Assembly: GCA_043734785.1 (NCBI GenBank)
Contig: JAYTEX010000279.1
Coordinates: forward strand, 1-53,735
DNA length: 53,735 nt
Direction of reading: 5' to 3'
Source: Pseudomonadota bacterium
GTDB taxonomy: Bacteria; Pseudomonadota; Gammaproteobacteria; Ga0077536
Each line of letters starts with the position of its first letter. Position 1 is the stretch's first letter. This document shows, piece by piece, positions 21,975-30,606 of this stretch. Below the pieces are notes generated by a model. The model ran no database searches, was not told the DNA's origin, and was given only the letters and a program-made list of their open reading frames with translations. The position numbers and the translations under genes were made by a program.

Positions 21975-22143
21975 GGATGTTGGGGTTCGCGGCACTCACC
22001 CCAACCTACCTTGAACACGCATGCCCGCATGCGCTTTGGCGGCGCTAGAAGATTGGGTAGGTTGGGATGAGCTTGCGAAGCCCAACCGTGAGTAGACCCG
22101 CTCGCGCGGCTACTCGGATTCGCGACGATGCGGTCACTCGGCG
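21975..22143. repeat. REP-like mosaic repeat, modules A then B
   Basis: Same two modules as 18634-18800, in the same orientation but permuted order, at about 90% identity by eye. Confidence 0.75.
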
Positions 22144-22373
22144 TGTTCATGGGGACATGCCTCGCGCACGTGATTGCACCCCCTGCCGAGCGCTGGGACG
22201 ACATGCTGCTGGTCGAATATCCCACCCGCGGTGCTTTCGTCGATGCGCTATCGTCGCCCGAATATCGTGCCGTGGTTTTTCACCGCACCGCCGGCTTGCA
22301 GGATTCGCGGCTGATCGCGTTTTGCGGCGGCGCCTTAAGCATTCCGTTGCCTGGCACAGGTAAGTGTGCATGA
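22128..22373 (+). pseudogene. DUF1330-like protein, C-terminal part only
   Basis: ERWDDMLLVEYPTRGAFVDALSSPEYRAVVFHRTAGLQDSRLIAF matches the C-terminal half of DUF1330 proteins. The expected N-terminal ~35 aa are replaced by REP module B sequence. Confidence 0.55.
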
Positions 22374-22469
22374 CCGTCTAACCGGCCGGGCCAGCGAACC
22401 AGGCACCCAGTCTGCTCGCACCAGCGCGTCGAAATCATGGGGAGTGGTCAAGGCCGTCCTCTCGGCATC

Positions 22470-23159
22470 CTAGCCCCCGCGCAAGCGCTGCCAGTCTTCA
22501 ACGGTCTGGATTCGAAGGTAGGCGTTGGAACGGCGCTGCTCGGCCATGGTACTGGTTTGCGTCGGACCATAATCATGTCCGGGATAGAGCACGACATCGT
22601 CGCCTAATTTAGCCAAGGTGCCAGTGAGCGTGCGGTACATGGCTTCCGGATCTGAGCCTGGCAGGTCCACCCGGCCGCAGCCGTTTACAAACAGGGTATC
22701 GCCCGCGACTAACCGGCTATGCACTAGAAAGCACTGGCTGCCGGGGGTATGGCCCGGCGTATGCAGCAGTTCGATTTTGACGTCGCCTATCTCAAGTAGG
22801 TCGCCGCCGACGTGACGCACCAGGTCGTTCTCACTGACCCCGGTGACTTTAATCAGCCCGTCGGCTTCGTGCTTATTAACATGGATTTTGGCATCGACCT
22901 TGCCGATCAGCTCGGCGACTCCACCGGGCACTTTGAAACCCAGCATGGCGCCGCCGACGTGATCCGGATGATAGTGGGTGACGAGCGCACCGGTGATGGT
23001 CATGTCATCGCGCGCGGCCGCCTCAAGTAACGCCGTCGTGTCCCATGCGGGATCCACCACCAGACACTGGCGCGTGCGGCGGCTGCCGACCAGGTAGATG
23101 AAGTTCTGCATCGGACCGAGCGGAATCTGGCGGAAATAAAGATCGTCATTGGCGTTCAT
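22470..23159 (-). CDS. MBL-fold metallo-hydrolase
   Basis: 229 aa with THYHPDHVGG (HxHxDH) and downstream His/Asp ligands (HTPGHTPGS, HDYG). Confidence 0.8.
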   Translation of the reverse strand: MNANDDLYFRQIPLGPMQNFIYLVGSRRTRQCLVVDPAWDTTALLEAAARDDMTITGALVTHYHPDHVGGAMLGFKVPGGVAELIGKVDAKIHVNKHEADGLIKVTGVSENDLVRHVGGDLLEIGDVKIELLHTPGHTPGSQCFLVHSRLVAGDTLFVNGCGRVDLPGSDPEAMYRTLTGTLAKLGDDVVLYPGHDYGPTQTSTMAEQRRSNAYLRIQTVEDWQRLRGG

Positions 23160-23361
23160 GGCACCTCCTAAAGATTGAAGACACGCACCATCCTAGAGGC
23201 TACACAAAATTCGGGACACCCTCGTTCGCGGGCTTGTGCGTCAACGCATTCACCCGTTGATGGTTGGCGAGCAATCCCTAGTGCCGAATGCGGTGGAAGC
23301 CGCGTGGAGGCACCTGGAGGAGAGAGCTCCGGATGAACTCATCCGTCGTGAGCGTCATCTC

Positions 23362-24408
23362 TCAAGTTGCCAGTCGGGGTTTCGCGGCGTGCTTGAAGTT
23401 TTCCGCCATGAACCATTCGAGGTAGGCTTGCGAGGTGATCGGGGGATGTTTCACCGGGTTGCCTGGCCCCGTGCAGGTTGGCAGGCAGGCGATCTCGAAT
23501 TCTGGATTCGGATGCACGAACAGCGGAATGGAATAACGATCACGGCCGGAGCGATTGCGGACGCGATGCGGTGTCGACAGAAAGCGTCCGTTCGTCCAGC
23601 GCGTGAGCATGTCGCCGGAATTGAACAAGATGGAACCCGGAATGGGCGGCGCGAGAAACCATTCACCCGAGCGCCCCAGCAACTCGAGTCCTGGCACGTG
23701 CGTGGTGGCTAGCAATGTCACGAATGAACTGTCGGTGTGGGGCCCTACGTTGAACTGATCGGGATCGAGCGGATCCGGTGGAAAGTGTGCGACGCGTAGC
23801 ACAGACAGCGCCTCGTGGCGCCCAAAAGCAGGATCGAAATAATCGGTTGGCAACTCGAGCGCAGAGGCGAATATCGGCAGCATCTGGTGGAAAAAATTTT
23901 CGGTCGCGTTGAAATATTCATTGAGCGTTTCGCGGAAGCCAGGAAGATCCTGCGGCCACTGGTTCTGCACCGACAACGGCGCGGCCTCGATCTCCCGTTT
24001 GACGAAAAAGGCTTCACCGACATCGGGTTTCAACGTCCCCGTGTAATAAGAGGAGGTGCGTGGCAGTTCGCCTTCATTGTCCATGAACCCAACGTGCGCA
24101 TCATTGATCGCCAATTTCATCTTCTCGGCTGCGGGCAAAGCATGGAAGCGTGCCGTCGCGGCGAAGGTGCGATCGATCAGCGTCTGGGGCACCGAATGAT
24201 TCACAGTGAAGAAAAAGCCAATCTCTTCCAGGGCTCGTCGCAGTTCGGTGGCCAGTGACATCAATGCGCCCGGCGCGCCCTGCAGATAAGCACCGACATC
24301 AAGCACGGGAATGGTTTCTTTGAGGGCGGTCGAGACCGCCTCCGGTTGTGCGTTCAAGTGCTGCCTCCCCAATTCCGCGGATGAGCGGTGGACGTCCCAA
24401 ACTAGCAT
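23362..24408 (-). CDS. 2-oxoglutarate/Fe(II)-dependent oxygenase (isopenicillin-N-synthase family)
   Basis: 348 aa. It has the N-terminal IPVLDV...GFFFTVNHSV block and the HTDSSFVTLL...HRV facial triad region. Confidence 0.8.
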   Translation of the reverse strand: MLVWDVHRSSAELGRQHLNAQPEAVSTALKETIPVLDVGAYLQGAPGALMSLATELRRALEEIGFFFTVNHSVPQTLIDRTFAATARFHALPAAEKMKLAINDAHVGFMDNEGELPRTSSYYTGTLKPDVGEAFFVKREIEAAPLSVQNQWPQDLPGFRETLNEYFNATENFFHQMLPIFASALELPTDYFDPAFGRHEALSVLRVAHFPPDPLDPDQFNVGPHTDSSFVTLLATTHVPGLELLGRSGEWFLAPPIPGSILFNSGDMLTRWTNGRFLSTPHRVRNRSGRDRYSIPLFVHPNPEFEIACLPTCTGPGNPVKHPPITSQAYLEWFMAENFKHAAKPRLAT

Positions 24409-24796
24409 GCCGGCGCCTGAGATGTCTGTCGGACGCGTTTACCCCCAGAGCCACTGCCAGCATGATGTCCCGCGCAACCGCCAATATCGGCCGCGTGGTC
24501 ACGGTTGCGTATAGGATAAGAACAACGCCCTACTGGGCGCAATCGAACCTCGCGGTGGTTGAATTCGGACGCCAGCAGCAGGAACGATTGCGGGACACAG
24601 CGTCCCACTACAGCGGAATTTCACTGGCCAACGCGACCGGGCGCAGCACTCCCGCGCCATCCGCACTCGGCAGTGAACTCACGCTGGTGCTACAAGGCGC
24701 GTAGCGTGGGGGGATCCGGTGTTCAGTGCGGGTGCGCGCCTGGCCCATCGCTATCTCGGAACCTAACAGAATCTGGGCGCATGAGAGACCACACAA

Positions 24797-25717
24797 ATGC
24801 TGGAACTGACGCGACTGCGCACACTCGAGATACGCGAATCCTCCGCCCCAGGGCGCCCGGCCCATCTGAGTGCGGCGAGTGGTTTGGTTCGACTTGGGCC
24901 ACGCTTCTATGTCGTCGCCGATGACGAGTATCACTTGGGCATATTCCCGGTCGCGCAGGGCGAACCAGGCGAACTCCTGAGGCTGTTCCCGGGTACGCTG
25001 CCTCACGGACCGCGTGCGCGAAAAAAACACAAGCCGGATCTCGAAGCGCTGGTGCGATTACCGGCCTTCAGCGGGTATCCGCACGGCGCCTTGTTCGCGC
25101 TGGGTTCCGGCTCAAAAGCGAATCGTCAAACCGGCGTATTGCTAGGGTTTAACGCGCAATTCAAGGTGGAAGGTGTGGCGCGGCTGATTGATCTCGCCCC
25201 ATTGTATGACGGGCTTGCCGCCGAATTCGATGATCTCAACATCGAGGGCGCCGCGATTGTCGATGACGCTTTGATCCTGCTCCAGCGGGGCAACCTGGGC
25301 GGCAGCGTGAATTCCTGGATTGAATTTGATCTGCGCGCGGTACTTGCCGCGATGGTGCGGGGTGATGCGCTAGACGAAGCACGGCCTCGTCAGATTCGTC
25401 GCTATGACCTGGGCGAGTGCCACGGGGTGCCGCTGGGTTTCACGGATGCGGCGAGTCTGCCCGGGGGCGAAGTGATCTTCACAGCGGTCGCCGAAAATAC
25501 CGAGGACAGTTATCGCGATGGCGCGTGTGTGGGCGCCGCGATCGGTCTCATTGACGCGACGGGCATCTTGGTGACCTTGGAACCGCTCGCGCTCGCCCAT
25601 AAACTGGAAGGAATAATCGCTTGGCCCGCACTCGACGGCGTGCATTTTCTGGTCGTGACGGATGCCGACGATGCGAACGTTCCGGCGCAGTTACTGTCTG
25701 GAGGCCTTGCGCGGTGA
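24797..25717 (+). CDS. Conserved hypothetical protein (possibly beta-propeller-like)
   Basis: 306-aa ORF with an ATG start and good coding appearance. No family was recognised with confidence. Confidence 0.6.
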   Translation: MLELTRLRTLEIRESSAPGRPAHLSAASGLVRLGPRFYVVADDEYHLGIFPVAQGEPGELLRLFPGTLPHGPRARKKHKPDLEALVRLPAFSGYPHGALFALGSGSKANRQTGVLLGFNAQFKVEGVARLIDLAPLYDGLAAEFDDLNIEGAAIVDDALILLQRGNLGGSVNSWIEFDLRAVLAAMVRGDALDEARPRQIRRYDLGECHGVPLGFTDAASLPGGEVIFTAVAENTEDSYRDGACVGAAIGLIDATGILVTLEPLALAHKLEGIIAWPALDGVHFLVVTDADDANVPAQLLSGGLAR

Positions 25718-25767
25718 GCTGGTCACACGGGCGGCTTCGATAGAACAGACTGCGTGACGGTATTGCG

Positions 25768-26391
25768 CTATTCGTCCGGCCCGTTATTGGCGATGCGCCA
25801 CATGTAGAGCGCGAGAAATGAACGGTAGGGGGCGAACAACTCGGCGCCGGTATGCACGTCGTAGCGCACGTGCCCGGCGACGAAGCGCTCGAAAGTCTTG
25901 CGCACCGCCAGATCGCCGAGCGGCCACACATCAGTCTCGCGAAAAAAGAACATTGAAACCATGTCTGCGGTCCACGGGCCGATCCCCCGTAGCTGGATGA
26001 GTGCTGCATTGCGCTCGATGCGAGTCAAACGTGCTAGCTGTGGACGGTTCAGTCCGCCGGTCAGGTCAGCTATTCGAAGCTCGACCAGCGCCCTGGTCTT
26101 ATTCTGCGAGAGCCCACAGGCGCGCAAAGTACTGCTATTCGGAGCCGTGCAGAAATCGAGTACCCGGGACCCTGCGGCGGCGGTCTCGACCCTGCTCCAG
26201 ATGGACTTGGCGGCCAGCGTGGAAAGCTGCTGGCCGACGATAATTCGCGCCAGGTGCTCGCCTAAGTCCTGCGCCCGCCGCTGCTGGTAGCCGATGGGGC
26301 CAATGCGGTCAATCGCGAGTGCCAGCGGATGCGACACAAGTCGGGCAGCGCGCAGGAAGTCCTGATAGAGGGCGGGGGTCAGTTGGCGCAT
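25768..26391 (-). CDS. alkA: DNA-3-methyladenine glycosylase II family (HhH-GPD)
   Basis: LSQNKTRALVEL...LIQLRGIGPWTADMVSMFFFRETDVWPLGDLAVRK (HhH motif and catalytic Asp). The ATG at 26389-26391 is preferred over the TTG at 26403. Confidence 0.8.
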   Translation of the reverse strand: MRQLTPALYQDFLRAARLVSHPLALAIDRIGPIGYQQRRAQDLGEHLARIIVGQQLSTLAAKSIWSRVETAAAGSRVLDFCTAPNSSTLRACGLSQNKTRALVELRIADLTGGLNRPQLARLTRIERNAALIQLRGIGPWTADMVSMFFFRETDVWPLGDLAVRKTFERFVAGHVRYDVHTGAELFAPYRSFLALYMWRIANNGPDE

Positions 26392-26537
26392 CGTGGGTCG
26401 CAAGTTGAGGTCGGGGCGATGATACCAGTCCTCAAGGTTCCATCATCAAGCCGGTTCAACTCCACCATAAAGCCAGTAGAATGAGCCATCGACCCGCCGC
26501 CGGCGGGCCGCAAGCACCAGTGATAGGAGCGAACATC

Positions 26538-28364
26538 ATGGGTTGGCAGCGAAACATTCTGCGTGTGAATCTAACGACTGGCATTTGTAAGCACGAACCG
26601 CTGAATATGACGTGGGCGCAGCAGTACCTCGGTTCGCGCGGACTGGCGACGAAGTACCTGTTGGAAGAGATCGATCCCCAAGTCGATCCGCTGTCGCCTG
26701 ACAACAAGCTGATCATCGCAACGGGACCGCTGACCGGGACGATAGCCTCGACCGGTGGACGTTGGACGGCCGTGACGAAAGGTGCGCTGACGGGCGCCAT
26801 CGCGAGTTCGAACTCTGGCGGCCAGTTCGGCGGCGAGCTCAAGATGGCGGGCTACGACATGATCATCTTGGAAGGTCGTGCGCCGAAGCCCGTGTATTTG
26901 TACATTCAGGACGATGATGCCCAGTTGTTGTCCGCAGATGGTCTGTGGGGTAAATCGGTGTGGGAGGTCGAGCCTGCGATCAAACACACGCATCAAGACC
27001 CGCTGATTCGAATTGCGTCGATCGGACAGGCCGGTGAATACGGCAACCGCTACGCCTGTATCGTCAACGATCTACATCGCGCGGCCGGGCGTTCCGGTGT
27101 CGGCACGGTGATGGGTTCGAAGCAGCTGAAAGCCATCGCAGTCCGCGGCACCAAGGGCGTTAAACCCCATAATCCGACAAAATTCATGGCCGCCGTGAAG
27201 GTGGCGACCGCGGCACTGGCCAAGAACAAGGGCCGCAAAGGCATGACCTCGGACGGGACCATCGCCATGATGGACGTGACCGGCGCCTTCGGCGCGCTGC
27301 CCACTCGCAACAACCAGCAAGTGCAGTTCGAAGGTGCGGGCAAGATGAACGCCACGAGCATGAAGGCGCCGAATGAGAATGGTCATGTCAACCTGATTCA
27401 GAACGGTGCCTGTTTCTCCTGCACGATCGGTTGTGGGCGCATTTCGCACATCGATCCCCTCCATTTCTCGGTCAAGGATAAGCCGCAATACCAAAAGGCG
27501 TCGGGTGGCCTCGAGTACGAAACGGCTTATGCCTTGGGCTCTGCAGTCGGTGTCGACGATATGGACGCGGCGACCTACGCGGGATTTCTCTGCAATGAAT
27601 ACGGCATGGATCCGATTTCTTTTGGCGGTACGCTGGCCGCCGCGATGGAACTCTACCAGGTCGGAGCGATTACCAAGGAGCATACCGGTGGGGTGGATCT
27701 CGTGTGGGGAAATGCCGAAGCGCTGTGCCTGATGGCAGAGCTGGCGGGTAAGGGTGAGGGGTTCGGGCGCGATCTGGGACTCGGCTCCAAACGATTGACC
27801 GAAAAATATGGCCGCCCGGAATTATCGATGGCAGTCAAAGGCCAGGAATTCGCGGCCTATGATGGCCGCGCGATGCAGGGTATGGGCTTGGGCTATGCGA
27901 CCAGCAATCGAGGCGCGTGCCACTTGCGCGCCAATCCCTATGCCAGTGATTTCACCACTACAGAACTCAAGGAAAAACCTGAAGTGGTGCGCACCTCGCA
28001 GGATTTGGTGGCGGTGATCGACGCGACCGGTCTGTGTCTGTTTACGCTGCATTCTGGCGCGATTCCAGAGCACTATGCCGCGCAAATCGACGGCGCCTGT
28101 GAAGGCGGCTGGGACGTTGCGCGTCTGGTGGAAACCGGCGAGCGGATCTGGAACCTCGAGCGCCAGTTCAATCTGGCGGCAGGCTTAACCATTAAGGACG
28201 ACACGTTGCCTAGGCGGATCCTCGAGGAGCCTGCGCCGAGCGGCGTGGCCAAAGGTCAGGTTAGCGGTCTTAAGACCATGCTGCCGGAGTACTACCAGCA
28301 GCGCGGTTGGTCTGCAGAGGGCCGACCGACCGCGGAAACCCTGGCGCGGTTGGGCATGGGCTGA
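26538..28364 (+). CDS. aor: Aldehyde:ferredoxin oxidoreductase (tungsto-/molybdopterin AOR family)
   Basis: MGWQRNILRVNLTTG...YLGSRGLATKYL...IIATGPLTG, the [4Fe-4S] motif CFSCTIGC, and EYETAYALG. About 608 aa. Confidence 0.9.
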   Translation: MGWQRNILRVNLTTGICKHEPLNMTWAQQYLGSRGLATKYLLEEIDPQVDPLSPDNKLIIATGPLTGTIASTGGRWTAVTKGALTGAIASSNSGGQFGGELKMAGYDMIILEGRAPKPVYLYIQDDDAQLLSADGLWGKSVWEVEPAIKHTHQDPLIRIASIGQAGEYGNRYACIVNDLHRAAGRSGVGTVMGSKQLKAIAVRGTKGVKPHNPTKFMAAVKVATAALAKNKGRKGMTSDGTIAMMDVTGAFGALPTRNNQQVQFEGAGKMNATSMKAPNENGHVNLIQNGACFSCTIGCGRISHIDPLHFSVKDKPQYQKASGGLEYETAYALGSAVGVDDMDAATYAGFLCNEYGMDPISFGGTLAAAMELYQVGAITKEHTGGVDLVWGNAEALCLMAELAGKGEGFGRDLGLGSKRLTEKYGRPELSMAVKGQEFAAYDGRAMQGMGLGYATSNRGACHLRANPYASDFTTTELKEKPEVVRTSQDLVAVIDATGLCLFTLHSGAIPEHYAAQIDGACEGGWDVARLVETGERIWNLERQFNLAAGLTIKDDTLPRRILEEPAPSGVAKGQVSGLKTMLPEYYQQRGWSAEGRPTAETLARLGMG

Positions 28365-28389
28365 CGCCCACTCAAAGGCACGATTGCCC

Positions 28390-28644
28390 ATGCGCGTGAA
28401 TATCAAACTCCTCGGCTGGATGCGTGAGTTCCTCGCCGAGGGTATCGCTCATTTCAATGATCAGGATTTCGAGCTGCCCATCGATTTTACCCTCGCGCAG
28501 CTCGTCGCGAAATTCGGCTTTGCAAGCGAGACGCCGTTCATTGTGATGCAGAACGGGAATCGTGTGCTCGATGAGGCATTCGCGGTAACTCTCCTGCGCG
28601 AGGGAGATCAGATTTTATTTGTGCCTCCCCTGAAAGGCGGGTGA
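28390..28644 (+). CDS. MoaD/ThiS-family small sulfur-carrier-like protein
   Basis: About 84 aa ending ...FVPPLKGG* (C-terminal Gly-Gly). It starts 26 nt after aor. Confidence 0.75.
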   Translation: MRVNIKLLGWMREFLAEGIAHFNDQDFELPIDFTLAQLVAKFGFASETPFIVMQNGNRVLDEAFAVTLLREGDQILFVPPLKGG

Positions 28645-28656
28645 GCCGCCGCGTGT

Positions 28657-30597
28657 TCAGGGCAATCCGGTCGCCGAATTGTCACCAATGGGTTGGGCGA
28701 ATGCATCGCGCGTCAAGACGTCGATATTGTCGCCCGTCAGGCTTTTCAAAAACTCGAGGAGATCATTGACTTCGATCGCGCTCAGGTGCAGCGGTTTCAG
28801 GCGCGCATCCAAGCCTTCATTCTGGATGCCACCGGCGTTGTAGAACGCAAGAACGTCGTTAAGCGTCGGTAACGACCCGTCGTGCATATAGGGGGCACTC
28901 AGTGCCACATTGCGCAGGATCGGTGTTTTATATTTCCAGCGGTCGGCGGGCTTCAGTGTCACTTCATAACGGCCTAGATCGTTGGCTGGCGTTTCACTCG
29001 ATGCAGCTGGCGCACCGGCGTCGATCGCGAGCGTTGTGCCCGGCCCTACCATGATTGCGATGGGCATGATTGCAGCGGGCAAAGTTTTCCCCATCGAGCG
29101 TGCATAGCCGATCCCCGTGTTGTGCAGGTTGTGATCGGTGAATAGGGCATGGGTGTCGCCAACCCGGTGACAGCCGCTGCACCCGGCTTTGCCGGTGAAT
29201 AGATCGAAGCCGCGCTTTACCTCGGCAGACACCGCGCTTTCTTCACCCCCAAAATGCCAGCGATCAAATGCGCTGTTGCCGGATACGAGACCCCGTTGAT
29301 AAGCCGCCAGCGCGGCGCCCAGGGTTTCTTGCGTGAGGCCGCGCGGAAATATGCTGTCAAATGCCTCGGCATAGTCCTCGAGATCCCGCAGTTTCTCGAG
29401 GACATAGCCGATCGATGGGTTGGCCATTTCGTTGAAGGCCAGCAGCGGTGACCACACTTGCTGCTCTAAGCGAACTTCACGGCTGTCGTGAAACAGACTG
29501 GTCTGAAACACAACGTTATACAGCGACGGCGCATTACGTTTGACGGTGCGGCCCTCCATGCCCACTGGTGTCGCAACCTCGTGATGGGTGAACCCTTGGT
29601 CGGGCACATGGCAGCTGGCGCAACTCAACGTGTTGTTGTGCGAGAGTCGACGCTCGAAAAAGAGCCGGCGCCCCAGATTGACCTGGGCGAGGTTCGGCAG
29701 TTCGGAGGTCGACAGCGGCAGCGGCGGAAGGCCGAGGGGCAGCGCATGAAGCTGTGCGGCGAGATCGAGGTGGGCACCGCAGCGCGTCTCCAGCGCGCGC
29801 GAGTGCGTGCGATAGGTTTTCTGGTCGTAACCTTGCTTATCGTCGCCGGCCCCCAGGAGAGGTGGAAGGCACGCTGAGGCGCTTGCAACCGGCGCTGCGC
29901 GGGTCAGGGTAGTAAGGTCGGCGATGACGGTGTCTGCGTGCAGAAAGGCGGTGCTGTATTCATTTCGGATATTCCGCTTCTCGTCGATCAGAAATACCCG
30001 TAGCTGGTGCGAGAAGGCGCTACCCTCTCGATCCTTTAGCAGCGATTGGCCGTAGGCGTCGAGGATCGGCGCCAGGTCGCGCTCGGTGTCAGTGGTCACG
30101 AAGCGCCAGTCCACGGGGCCATCACGAAAACTGGCGGCGTAGGCGGCCAATCTGGCCGGGGTATCGCGAATCGGATCGAAACTCAGGCTTATCAGCCGGA
30201 CTTTGTGGCGCAGTGCGGGGTGTTCGGCCACACGCCTGCCGATCTGTCGCATGACGTACGACGCCAGCGGACAACCGTTCGGGTCTGCACAGTGCGTGAA
30301 GATGAAGCCCAACACGACCAAGCGGTCGTTGAACAAGGCATGCAGCGAAGTCGCCTGTCCGGTGTCTTCACGGACTGCGCCATCGCCTGCGGCGCGGACT
30401 ATCGGCAGCGTGTAACTACCGGGATCTGGACTCGGATACGGCAGTTCGGCGTAACCCGGGGCAGCTTTCACCTCTCCCACAGGATGGTGTGGATGATCGC
30501 CGGCCGCATTCGACGCCGCGAAGACGGTTCCCAGTAAAAGGCAGGCCAGCCGAAAAAAATCCCTCCGACATCTTTGCGATGCGTGGTCCACACGCAT
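28657..30597 (-). CDS. Fusion protein: SCO1/SenC thioredoxin-fold domain plus di-haem MauG/cytochrome-c-peroxidase domain
   Basis: It has a signal peptide. The N-domain reads VVLGFIFTHCADPNGCP. The C-domain has two CXXCH motifs (SCASCHVP, GCSGCHRV) and the CCP/MauG block PSLYNV...FHD. It starts 9 nt after the mtoX-like stop. Confidence 0.85.
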   Translation of the reverse strand: MRVDHASQRCRRDFFRLACLLLGTVFAASNAAGDHPHHPVGEVKAAPGYAELPYPSPDPGSYTLPIVRAAGDGAVREDTGQATSLHALFNDRLVVLGFIFTHCADPNGCPLASYVMRQIGRRVAEHPALRHKVRLISLSFDPIRDTPARLAAYAASFRDGPVDWRFVTTDTERDLAPILDAYGQSLLKDREGSAFSHQLRVFLIDEKRNIRNEYSTAFLHADTVIADLTTLTRAAPVASASACLPPLLGAGDDKQGYDQKTYRTHSRALETRCGAHLDLAAQLHALPLGLPPLPLSTSELPNLAQVNLGRRLFFERRLSHNNTLSCASCHVPDQGFTHHEVATPVGMEGRTVKRNAPSLYNVVFQTSLFHDSREVRLEQQVWSPLLAFNEMANPSIGYVLEKLRDLEDYAEAFDSIFPRGLTQETLGAALAAYQRGLVSGNSAFDRWHFGGEESAVSAEVKRGFDLFTGKAGCSGCHRVGDTHALFTDHNLHNTGIGYARSMGKTLPAAIMPIAIMVGPGTTLAIDAGAPAASSETPANDLGRYEVTLKPADRWKYKTPILRNVALSAPYMHDGSLPTLNDVLAFYNAGGIQNEGLDARLKPLHLSAIEVNDLLEFLKSLTGDNIDVLTRDAFAQPIGDNSATGLP

Positions 30598-30606
30598 CGC
30601 AGGCTG

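Noticed and set aside
18634-22143. Possible CRISPR array, given repeated roughly 80-nt units with hairpins.
   Set aside because: There are only two loci with two different modules each, no regular repeat-spacer periodicity and no cas genes. This is REP/mosaic repeat behaviour instead.
22470-23159. Whether this MBL hydrolase is the gloB missing from the mltD-yafS block, or an ETHE1-type persulfide dioxygenase linked to sulfur metabolism.
   Set aside because: The HYHPDH motif and the length fit a generic MBL hydrolase. I cannot distinguish subfamilies by eye, and there are no rhodanese or sulfur-pathway neighbours.
26404-26537. Possible molybdenum-cofactor riboswitch upstream of aor.
   Set aside because: Only a short cccgccg/cggcggg hairpin is present. 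I could not recognise the conserved Moco-motif elements. An Infernal scan would be needed to change this view.
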